In this document: piece after piece, positions 34,772 to 45,904 of the stretch
Layout: the number at the start of each line of letters is the position of its first letter
How positions within the stretch are numbered: position 1 is the first letter of the stretch
Assembly (NCBI GenBank): GCA_963772725.1
Contig: CAVYYI010000002.1
Span: 352,001 to 416,000 of the forward strand
DNA length: 64,000 nt
Source of the DNA: an uncultured Phycisphaerales bacterium
GTDB taxonomy: Bacteria; Planctomycetota; Phycisphaerae; Sedimentisphaerales; Anaerobacaceae
Direction of reading: 5' to 3'
Position numbers and translations under genes: made by a program
The notes under the pieces: generated by a model
What the model was told of the DNA's origin: nothing
The model's input: only the letters and a program-made list of their open reading frames with translations
Database searches by the model: none

Positions 34772-36952
34772 TTAAGTTGCTGCTGATAATTCCTTTTTAA
34801 CTGTTTGTTGTTTTGCTGTTTCAATCCAATTTGGTTTTGACAGGAATGAAACGAGCTTTTCGAATTCATTTTTTACATCTTCGAACTGCGACAAGGCGGT
34901 ATTGATATCTTTGTTCCTGCCGGCACATTCAAGGTTATAGACACATTCCCGCAAACGGACAGCTCCTATGGTCATAGCGGAACCTTTTAACTTATGGGCA
35001 TAAAGCTGGACATCCTGTAAATTTCGGGCTGTCAGGGCCTGGGCGATTGACTCCATGGTTTTGGGGTCATACTCTATAATTGAATCTGCGATTTCCTTTA
35101 TTATATCTTCCCTGTCACAAATACTTGTTACTACCGACCAGTCAATCAAAGTCTCACATTGTTCCAAGTCTGCTGATTCTTCATCGCAGGTGCATCGATT
35201 CGGCTGTGCATTTTCAGACCCTGTCGAATCGTGTTTTGATTGCTGAACACAAGTTGCCGCCGGCAAATATTTACAAATCGTTTCGTACAGTTTCTGCCGC
35301 TCTATCGGCTTACTTAAATAGCCGTCACAGCCGGCTTCCCTGCATTTCTCTTCATCACCTCGCATTACATTTGCAGTAAGTGCAATAATTGGAGTTTTTA
35401 TGCCTTTTTTTCGTATTGCTTTTGTCATTTCATAGCCATTCATATAAGGCATTTGTATATCCGTTAATATCAGGTCAAATTTCTGAGCAGCAGCTTCCTG
35501 CAGAGCTTGTCTGCCGTCTCCGGATACCATTACTTCAAGTCCCATTTTTCCAAGCAGCAGTTTAATCAGAATCTGATTAGAGGGATTGTCTTCGGCCACG
35601 AGAACTCGACCGGAAAATATATTGTTTAAATTGACATTTGAGTCTTTTGTTGCAATTTCTGCTTTACTTACGCTGTTTTTCTTCGCATCTGGTTCAACCA
35701 TTACCGGTATAATTAACGAAAAAACAGAGCCTTGCCCCCGTGTGCTTTTGACGGCTACCGTCCCACCCAGAAGCTCTGCAAGGCATTTGGTAATTGCCAG
35801 TCCCAGTCCGGTTCCCCCGAATTTACGCGTGGTACTGTTCTCGGCCTGCGTAAAAGCATTGAAGATTAACTGGTGTTTTTCCTGGGAGATACCGATGCCC
35901 GTATCTTCGACGTCGAAACGGATTAAAGGTTTTTCTCTGCCGGGTTCCAGCGATATTTTCAGATATACGTGTCCGCTTGATGTAAATTTGACGGCGTTAT
36001 TTACCAGGTTAATAAGGCACTGACGCAGTCGGTTTGAATCCGTGTAAATTTTGGCGGGTAAATCCGAGTTCCTTAATACCGCCACATCTAATCCTTTTTC
36101 TTTCGCGGATAAATACATCATGGATTCGATATCATTAACTAATTCATCCAGAGAACATTCGGTAATCTCTATTTCAAGTTTTTTAGCTTCAATTTTTGAG
36201 AAATCGAGAATGTCATTCAGCAACACCAAGAGGTTTTTGCCGGATTGACAGATTAATTTAACGTATTCCTGTTGTTTGTCCGTTAATTTTTCATCAGCGA
36301 GAATTTCGCTGAACCCTATTATGGCATTCATTGGCGTTCGTATTTCATGGCTCATATTTGCGAGAAATTCGCTTTTAACCTGGTTAGCTACTATTGCTTC
36401 CTGCGCCATCAGGTTAGCCCGTTCTATGGCGGCTTCGAGCTGCTGATTGACCTGTTCTGTTTGAGTACGCGCCAGCTCGGCCTGTTTTTTTGCCTGCCTG
36501 TGCTCGGTGATTTCATTTTGCAGCCTGGTGTTGGCTGTTTCCAACTCTGTCAGTGTATCTTTCAGCAGGAGCTGGACTCTTACTTTTGCAACTATTTCGT
36601 CTCCGTCAAACGGACCAGCTATATAATCATCCGCACCAGCCTCGTAAAATTTTAACGGTGACAGATTTGCTTCTTTTCCTGAGACAATAATAACCTGGAC
36701 AAATTTATTGCTGATATCGGATTTAATATTTCGACAGATTTCATAACTGTTGACGTTTGGAGACGTAACATTAAGCAATACCAGGTCGGGTCTGAATTTT
36801 GAAATTTCATTTATGCAATCATGACTGTCGTTTGTGATTTTCAAGTCGTATTTATCGTGCAGTGTTTCACGGAGAATAACCACGCCTGCGTTTTCATTAC
36901 CGATTATTAATATTCGCTTTTTTATACCGTCTTTCATAAAATGATTCTGCAA
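34772..36952 (-). CDS. Cytoplasmic hybrid histidine kinase (REC-HisKA-HATPase-REC-Hpt)
   Basis: [36 protein letters not shown]. Confidence 0.92.
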   Translation of the reverse strand: MQNHFMKDGIKKRILIIGNENAGVVILRETLHDKYDLKITNDSHDCINEISKFRPDLVLLNVTSPNVNSYEICRNIKSDISNKFVQVIIVSGKEANLSPLKFYEAGADDYIAGPFDGDEIVAKVRVQLLLKDTLTELETANTRLQNEITEHRQAKKQAELARTQTEQVNQQLEAAIERANLMAQEAIVANQVKSEFLANMSHEIRTPMNAIIGFSEILADEKLTDKQQEYVKLICQSGKNLLVLLNDILDFSKIEAKKLEIEITECSLDELVNDIESMMYLSAKEKGLDVAVLRNSDLPAKIYTDSNRLRQCLINLVNNAVKFTSSGHVYLKISLEPGREKPLIRFDVEDTGIGISQEKHQLIFNAFTQAENSTTRKFGGTGLGLAITKCLAELLGGTVAVKSTRGQGSVFSLIIPVMVEPDAKKNSVSKAEIATKDSNVNLNNIFSGRVLVAEDNPSNQILIKLLLGKMGLEVMVSGDGRQALQEAAAQKFDLILTDIQMPYMNGYEMTKAIRKKGIKTPIIALTANVMRGDEEKCREAGCDGYLSKPIERQKLYETICKYLPAATCVQQSKHDSTGSENAQPNRCTCDEESADLEQCETLIDWSVVTSICDREDIIKEIADSIIEYDPKTMESIAQALTARNLQDVQLYAHKLKGSAMTIGAVRLRECVYNLECAGRNKDINTALSQFEDVKNEFEKLVSFLSKPNWIETAKQQTVKKELSAAT

Positions 36953-37226
36953 TTAATTGCAGGCGATAACACCATAATCCTTTGGAAATATCACTATTTA
37001 TAGAATAATCGGCAAAATCATAACGACACTTTTTCCGGGCAGCATTTGTATCCAGGAAAATTGATGCATCTGCTGTTATGTATATTAAGTCCGAAGCTTT
37101 TATCGGTCGTTGCGCAACTGCATGAAAGTATTTGTAATGTAGCCCATTTATTATCGGCACCATAAGCTGTAGAATTGAGGCGGAATATTAAAATCCATAA
37201 CTAATGTGAAAAATCTGAGACTATAA

Positions 37227-37269
37227 TAGTCGTCCCTGAAAAAGTAAGTCTCAATTTCAGGGACGACTA
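37227..37269. mobile_element. 43-bp miniature derivative of the IS5-family element at 42649-44139
   Basis: TAGTCGTCCCTGAAA..TTTCAGGGACGACTA; first 20 bp are the exact reverse complement of 44120-44139. Confidence 0.85.
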
Positions 37270-37367
37270 TATAGTACCCATTTTCCTTAGAGGCATGCTC
37301 TGGTATGAGGGAATCGGCGTTTGAACCCAGTTTGAGCCCAAAAAATCCTTGATTACCAGGTCTCTTA

Positions 37368-38402
37368 ATGTTAAACTATTCAGATATGAGCATTAGAGAA
37401 AAAGATACAGGTAATCAACATAAAGGTGGTGTTACTAATTACCGAAAATCTGAACTTACCCACAGGGTGATAGATGCCATTTGCGGCAGCAATACAAATA
37501 GAACTGAACCTGTATGTGAAATATGCAGGCAAAAGCATCATCCGTTAGTGCCTTGTTTAAAAGTGGAAGCGGTCGCGAAACCCGCCATCAAGCCCTCGAT
37601 AAATTCCGGCATGGAAACAGCGAATAATGCCCAAAGTGCACAAGAGGCTCCGTGGCGGCTTTTAGCACAAGCGGAACAGAAGGCAACGAGCTACACCAAA
37701 AAACTTTCAAAAGTAAGAATAGCGGCAGCCAAACGTTTAGCGAGGGTAAAATCGGAACTGGAGACAAAAGCCAGAGACTATGCTGATTCTGTAATCAGAG
37801 TAAAATCTGAAGCTTTGGAGTCACTGGCAAAACAAAAAGAAGAAATGGAAGCACAGGCCGCTGAGACAGCAGCTATGATTAGGGCGGAAGCGGAACAAAA
37901 AATTTTGGCTCAATGCGCAAAATCAGAAGAAAAAATCAGGGAATACCGTACTTTACTCGACCAGGCACAGGCTGGCACCGAAGATAAGCTGAATACTATC
38001 AGTAAGGAAAAGGGCGAACTTGAGGAAAAGTTGAACACCCAAATCGAAGCACGAAATAGATTAGAAGTTTTAATAAAGCAGGAGCAGGATGCAAGAGCAG
38101 ATAGTGAGAAAAAACTTGACGCTTATCGCCAGCGAATAACTGAAATTGAAAAACAGATGCAGCTCGATGAAGCCCAAAAAAATGTCAAGGCAGAATCTTC
38201 ACAGAAAATAGAAGTAGAAATACCTGGAACCGCGTCTGCAGAGACACGGATAGCGGAGCCGGCGAATACGGATGTCAAAACTGGTACGTGTGAATGCTGC
38301 GGCACGAGCAATATTAAAGAAAGGAATTTGGTCAGAATTGACTCGGGTCAACTCTTTTGCCCGGTTTGTTACGAGGCTTTAAAGGGCAGCTCGGTTTCCT
38401 AA
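37368..38402 (+). CDS. Coiled-coil protein with Cys-rich motifs at both ends
   Basis: CEIC..HHPLVPC, long EKQA-rich helix, CECC..CPVC. Confidence 0.7.
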   Translation: MLNYSDMSIREKDTGNQHKGGVTNYRKSELTHRVIDAICGSNTNRTEPVCEICRQKHHPLVPCLKVEAVAKPAIKPSINSGMETANNAQSAQEAPWRLLAQAEQKATSYTKKLSKVRIAAAKRLARVKSELETKARDYADSVIRVKSEALESLAKQKEEMEAQAAETAAMIRAEAEQKILAQCAKSEEKIREYRTLLDQAQAGTEDKLNTISKEKGELEEKLNTQIEARNRLEVLIKQEQDARADSEKKLDAYRQRITEIEKQMQLDEAQKNVKAESSQKIEVEIPGTASAETRIAEPANTDVKTGTCECCGTSNIKERNLVRIDSGQLFCPVCYEALKGSSVS

Positions 38403-38595
38403 CGCGTGCGGTTCATAGACTCGTTTCAAATTCAAAAGTTTTCCAATTCTATGACCATTTAACCGGCATTTTTGCGAAATGTTTTCTAAAATCAATCCGG
38501 TAAAATTTGTGTTTTTTTGAATTTCTTGATTTACAAGCTGAAAGTATGTATAATCCGGCGAATAGTTTTGGAAGCATTTTTGAAAGGAATTAAAA

Positions 38596-39054
38596 ATGAA
38601 TCAAAAAGTTGTACAGGCGATTATCGCAATAGTCGGACTCGGAGTCGGTCTGACACTTGGTGTAATGATTGCAAATTCAAAGGGCAAAACAGCGATTGCC
38701 GATTTGCAGTCAAAACTGGAGCAGTCAGAGGCAGCGTCGCAGGAAAAAATCCGTAATTACGACGCCACTGTAAGTCGATTAAACAATGAACTGCAGCAGG
38801 CCAAAGTCGAGCTTGAAAAACTTAGTTCCCCAGTCGCACCAACAGCAGAGGCAGCGACCGCCGCATCAGGCGACAACTCTATTCCAGGCACTGTAAAGCT
38901 ATACACCGTAAAAAATGGTGACAGCCTCTGGAAAATCGCTCAAAGTCAGCTTGGTGATGGCAATCGTTTCAGGGAAATACTCAAACTGAACCCCAATATT
39001 TCCGCTAACGATAATCTCGCTATCGGCACCAATTTGAAAATTCCGGCTAAATAA
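38596..39054 (+). CDS. Membrane-anchored LysM protein
   Basis: TM helix, coiled coil, YTVKNGDSLWKIA..LNP..LAIGTNLKIP. Confidence 0.88.
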   Translation: MNQKVVQAIIAIVGLGVGLTLGVMIANSKGKTAIADLQSKLEQSEAASQEKIRNYDATVSRLNNELQQAKVELEKLSSPVAPTAEAATAASGDNSIPGTVKLYTVKNGDSLWKIAQSQLGDGNRFREILKLNPNISANDNLAIGTNLKIPAK

Positions 39055-39203
39055 AAACTTTAATCTGTTTAATTTATAAGCAGATATAATCGCCAGTTGG
39101 GTTGTGTCTCAACCCCATTGTGAGTTTTTTGTCAACCGATATTGGTGGATTAACGACTCTATCCTAACCATTTTTAATTTATGTACTTAAGTTTTGATAT
39201 AAT

Positions 39204-40178
39204 ATGAAAGTTTTGGAAAATATATCTGAACTTGAAACGATAAAGAAACGCAGCATCCTGAGCATCGGGAATTTTGACGGCGTTCACACAGGCCACCGGG
39301 AAATCCTGTCAGCGGCGAAAAAAATCGCTGTTGAAAAAGGGGTGGAATTAACGGCGATGACATTTGAGCCGCACCCTGTGGCTGTTTTATATCCTGAAAG
39401 AGCGCCAGGTGTATTGACACCCCTTGGAATGAAAAAACTTCTGCTGGCGGAGAGCGGCGTTGACTGTCTGATAGTGTTAAAAAGTACGCACGAACTGCTG
39501 AGCCTTTCACCATACGCATTTTTGAAGCAGTTTCTGACCCGAAAAATCCAGCCGCAAACGGTAGTCGAGGGCGACGATTTCAACTTCGGAGCAGAGCGCA
39601 GCGGCTCGATGCAGACACTTCAGGAAATGGCAGGCAATAATGGTTTCGATGTCGTCATCGTTGCTCCCAAGGAAATCCGGCTTTCGACAGGGCAAAAAGT
39701 CAGGGTTTCAAGCACGATAATTCGCTATATGCTCGAAAGCGGTCACGCGGTCGACGCGGCGGCGGCACTGGGCAGGCCATATCGCCTCACCGGCCTGATT
39801 ATTACGGGCAAAGGCAAGGGAAGACAACTCGGCTTTCCAACGGCGAATATGCAGATACCCAAACAGATTATCCCTGCCCAAGGGGTTTACGCAGGCTTAG
39901 TTGAAATCGGTGAAAGCTTCGAGGCGGCCTGTACGCATAATGAAAAGATACCGGCGGTTTTCAGTATTGGTCAGGCCAGAACTTTCGGTGAGGAATACCC
40001 GCTTTTGATAGAAGCGCATCTGCTTAAAAATAACATAGGGAATTTGGCGGGAAAATGGATGTCGATGGACTTTCTCGAATACCTGCGCAGCCAGCGTAAG
40101 TTTAAAACTGAAAAGGAACTGAGCGAGCAGATAGCCAAAGACTGCGAAAAAACCAGGCAATTCATACAAGATATCTAA
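39204..40178 (+). CDS. ribF: Bifunctional riboflavin kinase/FAD synthetase
   Basis: GNFDGVHTGH, VSSTIIR, GRQLGFPTAN, IEAHLL. Confidence 0.95.
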   Translation: MKVLENISELETIKKRSILSIGNFDGVHTGHREILSAAKKIAVEKGVELTAMTFEPHPVAVLYPERAPGVLTPLGMKKLLLAESGVDCLIVLKSTHELLSLSPYAFLKQFLTRKIQPQTVVEGDDFNFGAERSGSMQTLQEMAGNNGFDVVIVAPKEIRLSTGQKVRVSSTIIRYMLESGHAVDAAAALGRPYRLTGLIITGKGKGRQLGFPTANMQIPKQIIPAQGVYAGLVEIGESFEAACTHNEKIPAVFSIGQARTFGEEYPLLIEAHLLKNNIGNLAGKWMSMDFLEYLRSQRKFKTEKELSEQIAKDCEKTRQFIQDI

Positions 40179-40260
40179 GCGGAAATTGTATTTGCAAAAT
40201 TGTCTGGTTTGGTTATACTTATAGCGTTAATCCCCGCCCTTTTTTGAAAGGATGCAGAAA

Positions 40261-40746
40261 ATGTCGCAAAAGGACAGCGATATACAGAAAATAAAAGAGT
40301 TAATCGACATAATGAAGGATAATGACCTCGCTGAGATTGAAATTCAGCACGGCACTGATAAGGTTTTGTTGAGGCGTTCCGAGCCTCATCACAACACGAT
40401 GGTAACATCAATGCCGATGATTGGAGGGGGTATTCCGGCTATGCACGCGGGTGCTGAAGCGGGCCACGGGATAAGCAAAGCAAATTCCCCTGAGAGCGAA
40501 AAAGGACTGTTAGAAATAAAGTCCCCCATTGTCGGCACATTTTATTCTGCGCCGAGTCCGGATTCGGAACCCTATATCGAGCAAGGCTCACAGGTCAATC
40601 CCAATACCGTAGTCTGTATAATTGAAGCGATGAAGGTGATGAATGAGATAAAGGCTGAAACCAGCGGCACAATCACCCAGATACTTGTAACCAACGGCCA
40701 GGCGGTGGAATACGGCCAGGTACTTTTCAAGTTTAGGCCAGAGTAA
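40261..40746 (+). CDS. accB: Biotin carboxyl carrier protein
   Basis: [17 protein letters not shown]. Confidence 0.95.
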   Translation: MSQKDSDIQKIKELIDIMKDNDLAEIEIQHGTDKVLLRRSEPHHNTMVTSMPMIGGGIPAMHAGAEAGHGISKANSPESEKGLLEIKSPIVGTFYSAPSPDSEPYIEQGSQVNPNTVVCIIEAMKVMNEIKAETSGTITQILVTNGQAVEYGQVLFKFRPE

Positions 40747-40800
40747 AATTTAGACGCGGATTTACACAGATAAACACTAAAAAATTAACCTAATTTAACT

Positions 40801-42138
40801 ATGTTTTCAAGAATCCTGATAGCAAATCGTGGTGAAATAGCATTGCGTATCATACGGGCTTGTCATGAGCTTGGCGTTGAGGCGGTAGCGGTCTATTCGG
40901 AAGCGGATAAAGACGCCCCCTATCTGAAACTTGCCGATGAGGCCATTTGTATAGGCCCGGCCCCTGCCAGTGAAAGCTATTTAAATATCGCGCACATCAT
41001 AAGCGCCGCGGAAATTGCCGACGTTGAGGCGATTCATCCGGGTTATGGTTTTCTGGCAGAGAACGCACATTTCGCCGAGATATGCAAAGACTGCGGCATA
41101 ACTTTTATCGGGCCGCCGGTTGAAGCGATGCGGCTGCTCGGCGACAAGGTACAGGCACGCAAGCTCGCGAGCAAGACAAATGTGCCTATTTCACCCGGTT
41201 CAGACGGTGCAATCGAGGATGAATCCGAGGCGCTGAAACTCGCTAACAAAATCGGCTACCCGGTAATGATTAAGGCTGCCGCAGGCGGCGGCGGACGGGG
41301 AATGAGAATCGCGCATAACGACATCAGTTTTCGTCAGGCTTTTAACGCGGCGCATACCGAAGCGGCGGCAGCATTCGGCGACGGCAGAGTTTATCTCGAA
41401 AAATATATCGTTGAGCCGCGGCACGTCGAGGTGCAGGTGCTGGCGGACAAGTTCGGAAATGTTGTGCATTTTTACGAAAGGGACTGTACCATTCAGCGCA
41501 GACACCAGAAGATGATTGAGGAGTCACCGTGTCCGGTACTGGATAAACGCACGCGCGAGGAGCTTTGCCAGTCAGCCATCAGAATTATAAAAGCCGCCGA
41601 CTACAATAGCGCCGGAACTGTCGAATTTCTCTTGGATAAAGATAAAAACTTTTACTTCATCGAGGTCAATACCCGAATCCAGGTCGAACATACCGTTACA
41701 GAGATGGTTACCGGCCAGGACTTAATCAAGTGGCAGCTCAGAATCGCCAACGGCGAGAAGATAGATATCAGTCAAAGAGATATAAAGCTTGACGGCGTCG
41801 CCATAGAGTGCCGCATTAACGCCGAGGACCCTGCAAATAATTTCTCGCCTTGTCCCGGCACAATTACAAAATATATTCCCGCCGGCGGCCCGGGCGTAAG
41901 AATCGATACACACGTCTGCCAGGGCTGGACCGTTTCACCAAACTACGACTCAATGATTGCCAAACTAATAGTGCATCGCCCAACCCGCACCGAAGCGATT
42001 GCCACTATGAAAAGGGCTTTGAGCGAATTTACCATTGAGCCGATTAAAACAACCATCCCAGCCTGCCTGAATATTCTTTCGCACAACCTCTTTGTCAAAA
42101 GCAAAATCGACACAAGCTTCGTCGAACGAAATTTCTAA
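40801..42138 (+). CDS. accC: Biotin carboxylase
   Basis: [37 protein letters not shown]. Confidence 0.96.
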   Translation: MFSRILIANRGEIALRIIRACHELGVEAVAVYSEADKDAPYLKLADEAICIGPAPASESYLNIAHIISAAEIADVEAIHPGYGFLAENAHFAEICKDCGITFIGPPVEAMRLLGDKVQARKLASKTNVPISPGSDGAIEDESEALKLANKIGYPVMIKAAAGGGGRGMRIAHNDISFRQAFNAAHTEAAAAFGDGRVYLEKYIVEPRHVEVQVLADKFGNVVHFYERDCTIQRRHQKMIEESPCPVLDKRTREELCQSAIRIIKAADYNSAGTVEFLLDKDKNFYFIEVNTRIQVEHTVTEMVTGQDLIKWQLRIANGEKIDISQRDIKLDGVAIECRINAEDPANNFSPCPGTITKYIPAGGPGVRIDTHVCQGWTVSPNYDSMIAKLIVHRPTRTEAIATMKRALSEFTIEPIKTTIPACLNILSHNLFVKSKIDTSFVERNF

Positions 42139-42207
42139 ATTAGCTACAGATGTTTCTTAGACACGAATTAATATGGATTAACACTGTTTTGTTACATCGA
42201 CACTTTT

Positions 42208-42645
42208 TCAGAAACATAGGCTGCACAATTGGTCTTCTATCTGAACATAAAATTTAGATTTAAACTTGCAGAAATGCTTTATCGGATAGGTTTCCTTTTC
42301 CAAATCAGGTATATATTTAGTCGCTGCCCGCAGGTCGAAAAGAAAACACATTTCACCTGTCTGCTGAGATAACGCATAGAATGTACCATCTGCTGTACGT
42401 ATCCAGATTAGCTGGTCATTTAAGACATAGGGTTCGGGTGACCATGTCGCATTCCCTTTACTAAAAGGCACATTTATTTCCCACAGCCACTCACCAGATT
42501 TAAGATTTATAGCTCCGAATTTATACCCATCATAATTGTCGTGTTTAGTTTGCATAAAAGCAATTTGGTTATCATTGATCAAAACTTTTGAGTGAGCATT
42601 TATATCGTAAGCATTTACAACAGACCAATTGGACAAATCGAACAT
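42208..42645 (-). pseudogene. Probable C-terminal fragment of a PQQ-like beta-propeller protein, abutting IS5
   Basis: GAINLKSGEWLWE and FYALSQQTGEM repeats; ORF starts 4 bp from the IS end. Confidence 0.5.
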
Positions 42646-42648
42646 AAG

Positions 42649-44139
42649 TAGTCGTCCCTGAAAAATAATTTAACTTTTTTGTATATAAAGGCTTGCAATT
42701 TAAAAATCTGGCGCTAAATTGCAGGGAAATGATATTTATTATTAATTTCCTTGCAAAACATGGAGGTTTTTATGCAGCCTAAACAGCAAAGCAATTCCCA
42801 GTCAATGTTATTCACCTCGAAGCTGGAGCAGATACTAAACGAGCAGCATCCTTTATATAAACTGGCAAATATCATCATCTGGTCAGAGTTTGATGCCGCC
42901 TTCGGTAAACTCTATGATCCGGGCTTCGGCAGACCAGCCAAACCCACCCGCCTTATGGCAGGACTTCATTATCTCAAAAGCGCATATAATCTCAGCGATG
43001 AGTCTGTAGTTGAGAGATGGATAGAGAATCCTTACTGGCAGTATTTTTGCGGAGAGCAATATTTTCAGCATGAATTTCCGATTGACCCAACCAGTATGAC
43101 CAAATGGCGTAACCGGATTAAGGACGCTGGTATGGAAAAGCTGCTTGAGCAGACCATAAGCGCAGGCCTTAAAACCGGCACAGTTAAACCGCATCAGTTA
43201 AAAAAGATAGTAGTCGATACAACGGTGCAGGAAAAGGCGACAGCCTTTCCGACCGATGCACGCCTTTATCATAAGATGAGAATAAAGCTTGTCAAAAAGG
43301 CACAGGATAATGACATAGAACTTCGGCAGAGTTATCAGAGGGTAGCCAAAAGGGCTTTTGTTATGCAGCACAGATTTTCACACGCCAGGCAGTTCAAAAA
43401 AGCGGATAAGCAATTAAGGAAACTAAAGACCTGTCTGGGAAGAGTTACAAGGGATATAGAGCGTAAGATATTGCAGAAGCCTCAATTGCAGCAGGAGTTT
43501 TCAGAATTGCTCGATATGTCCAGGATGTTATTATCACAGAAACGGGACAGCAGTAACAAGCTATACAGTATTCACGCGCCGGAGGTTAACTGCATAAGCA
43601 AGGGCAAGGCACACAAGAAGTATGAGTTTGGCTGTAAGGTGGCACTGGCGTCTCCCGCTCAAAACGCCTTTGTAGTCGCAGCGGTTGCTTTTGAAGGGAA
43701 TCCATATGATGGACATACGTTAAAAGATACACTCTCCCAGACGATGAAACTGCTGGATAAAAAAGGTTTTGAAGATGTTTATGTTGATGATGGGTACAAA
43801 GGTCATGGCTGTGGAGATATTGCGGAGGTTCATATCGTCAAAAGGGGCTGGCGAAAGCTGCCGAGAAGTATCCGAAAGTGGTACAGCAGGCGAAGTATGA
43901 TTGAGCCTGTGATAGGACATTGTAAATCTGATAACGGTCTGGACAGAAACTACCTCAAGGGCGTCGAAGGCGATAAGGTTAATGCGATATTGAGTGCTTG
44001 CGGGTTTAATATCCGCAAGTTGCTGCGGAAAATTATTTTTTGGCTTTGCCGGTTTATTCAAAATTTGGGGCTGTCGGCAGAATTTGCCCAGCTTACATAT
44101 GCCGCCTGAAACTGAAATCTACTTTTTCAGGGACGACTA
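42649..44139 (+). mobile_element. IS5-family insertion sequence
   Basis: Inverted ends TAGTCGTCCCTGAAAAA / TTTTTCAGGGACGACTA (the TA may be the TSD). Confidence 0.92.
42772..44109 (+). CDS. IS5-family transposase
   Basis: WIENPYWQYFCG, VDTTVQEK, KGKAHKKYEFGCK, RRSMIEPVIGHCK. Confidence 0.93.
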   Translation: MQPKQQSNSQSMLFTSKLEQILNEQHPLYKLANIIIWSEFDAAFGKLYDPGFGRPAKPTRLMAGLHYLKSAYNLSDESVVERWIENPYWQYFCGEQYFQHEFPIDPTSMTKWRNRIKDAGMEKLLEQTISAGLKTGTVKPHQLKKIVVDTTVQEKATAFPTDARLYHKMRIKLVKKAQDNDIELRQSYQRVAKRAFVMQHRFSHARQFKKADKQLRKLKTCLGRVTRDIERKILQKPQLQQEFSELLDMSRMLLSQKRDSSNKLYSIHAPEVNCISKGKAHKKYEFGCKVALASPAQNAFVVAAVAFEGNPYDGHTLKDTLSQTMKLLDKKGFEDVYVDDGYKGHGCGDIAEVHIVKRGWRKLPRSIRKWYSRRSMIEPVIGHCKSDNGLDRNYLKGVEGDKVNAILSACGFNIRKLLRKIIFWLCRFIQNLGLSAEFAQLTYAA

Positions 44140-44267
44140 ATTACTGGCTGTTTAGTTATCAAACACTTGCAATTCTTGTTTTTAGCTCAAAAAATGGCTC
44201 CATGTTCGACAAAGTGTTGTACGTAGCCTTGAAGACTTCAAATCTGAAAATTGCAGTACCAGATGCA

Positions 44268-44879
44268 CTATGGGAGCATGACGCCAGACTGCTGGAAAAG
44301 TTTTTTCATTTCATGCTTAACAGTAGTTGGGTATTTTTTTAGGTATTTCTGAAGCATTTTTAAATCCAGGCGGTTTAGATTTCGAAATGTTACAATATTA
44401 GATGGGCAAACACCACGCTTTCGGCACAAATAAACGAAATCAGCCATGGCCTGTTCCGGTGAAACAATCGCATTTTCCTGCGGATATGAATAGATCGAAC
44501 CGGCGACACATACAAAGACTATCCGCCCCAAAACTGTAACCCGTACTCTTGATCGATTATGCCTATGATTCGTAAAACACGATATTTCTGTCGGCACCTG
44601 AGTAATTAACTGATGCCGGTAAAGAGCATACATTCCAGTAACATATGCCGCTGGATCGATAGAGGACACAAGATATTCAATCCTGACCGACTCTGTCAGG
44701 CCATATCGGCCTTTGGTATAACGCTGTATGATCCCGCGTTTTACTAATCGCGAAAGTGACACTTTGAGAGATTTTGTGTCCTGCGAAGAAATGTTAGACA
44801 ATTCGGTTACCGTAAAAACAACTTTACCATATCTGTCTCGCTGCTCCTGCAGAATTTTCTGCCAATCAATTGTTTTCAT
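44268..44879 (-). CDS. AbiEi-like antitoxin (winged helix)
   Basis: VFTVTEL..LSRLVKRGIIQRYTKGRY, AYVTGMYALYRHQLITQVP, SPEQAMADFVY. Confidence 0.7.
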   Translation of the reverse strand: MKTIDWQKILQEQRDRYGKVVFTVTELSNISSQDTKSLKVSLSRLVKRGIIQRYTKGRYGLTESVRIEYLVSSIDPAAYVTGMYALYRHQLITQVPTEISCFTNHRHNRSRVRVTVLGRIVFVCVAGSIYSYPQENAIVSPEQAMADFVYLCRKRGVCPSNIVTFRNLNRLDLKMLQKYLKKYPTTVKHEMKKLFQQSGVMLP

Positions 44880-45664
44880 TGGTCTTCTCCAGGCTGATAT
44901 ATCGATTCAATATGTTCATGACTGCATCGAGAACCATTTTTCCGCCGCCGGCATCATTAAGTTGAGCGGCTGCTTCGGCATCAAGTTGTGTATCAATCAC
45001 TTCCTGTATAGCCTTGGCATGGTAATCCGAATTTTTCCGGAGGTCGCGTATTTTTTTTTCAAGGTCATTATTATTAATCCTTAACGCCTGCAGCTTTGAT
45101 TTCAGCCTTTCAGCTGCATCGGAATGAAAGCGATCCTGAAAAAGAAATACATCTAAAATATCGCGATGCATCAATGTTATTCTGCCAAAAATTGCAATAA
45201 CTTTACTTTCAATCATGTCTGCTTCTGAAGCTGTCGCATATATCGTTCCCCCTACAGTACGAACTTCAATTTGATCCGCGCATTTAATGCACGTCACTTC
45301 AACAGGTATTTCTATTTGGCTGTATGGCACACCATCTTTCCAGAAAGAGAGGTCAACAACTCGCACAACCGGAGAATCGGTATCCGGACCACTATGTGCG
45401 ACTGACATTTCCAGAATAGCCAAGAAGTCTAGATACTTCTAAAAGTAAACCGCTTCTGAACGAATCTATAAGTTTTCTTTGTTTTTCCTCAAGGTCTCCA
45501 TCCCAGTGATAATCAATATCGTTTGAGATGCGAACGCTGGCGTCCAGAAAGCGATACCTGAATCCACCGATGAGGGCCAGATTGCGTCCCACAGGATGCG
45601 TTGCTACATGCCTGGCAATGATCTTTTGGATGGCTTCTACTTCTTTCCGTTTATCAGGTATCAT
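44866..45664 (-). CDS. AbiEii-like nucleotidyltransferase toxin (frameshift near 45420)
   Basis: LALIGGFRYRF..RISNDIDY, ESKVIAI..RDILDV. Confidence 0.7.
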
Positions 45665-45904
45665 TGGTTATTCCTTAAAACACTTTACAACATAAAAGGT
45701 ATATTACAATATTGCGTAACAAATGTCAACATTTTTGTTAATATTTATTACCAGGAAGATTATCGCCAGAATACTAAACTCCATAGGGTTTCAAGTAACC
45801 GGTCGAAATTGATAGCAGGTGAAACAGTATTGGCAGTCTGCCTTAAAGAAAGTTTCAACGCTACTCCAAGAAACATTAAGACTTGAAAACAAAAGGAATC
45901 ACAT

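Noticed and set aside
37299..37330. Second tRNA-like fragment possibly closing a chemotaxis island
   Set aside because: Only GGTTCAAA..ACCA similarity, and it does not match tRNA-Lys.
45683..45712. dif-like site (ACAACATAA)
   Set aside because: Only a partial XerD-like arm; no XerC arm at 6-bp spacing.
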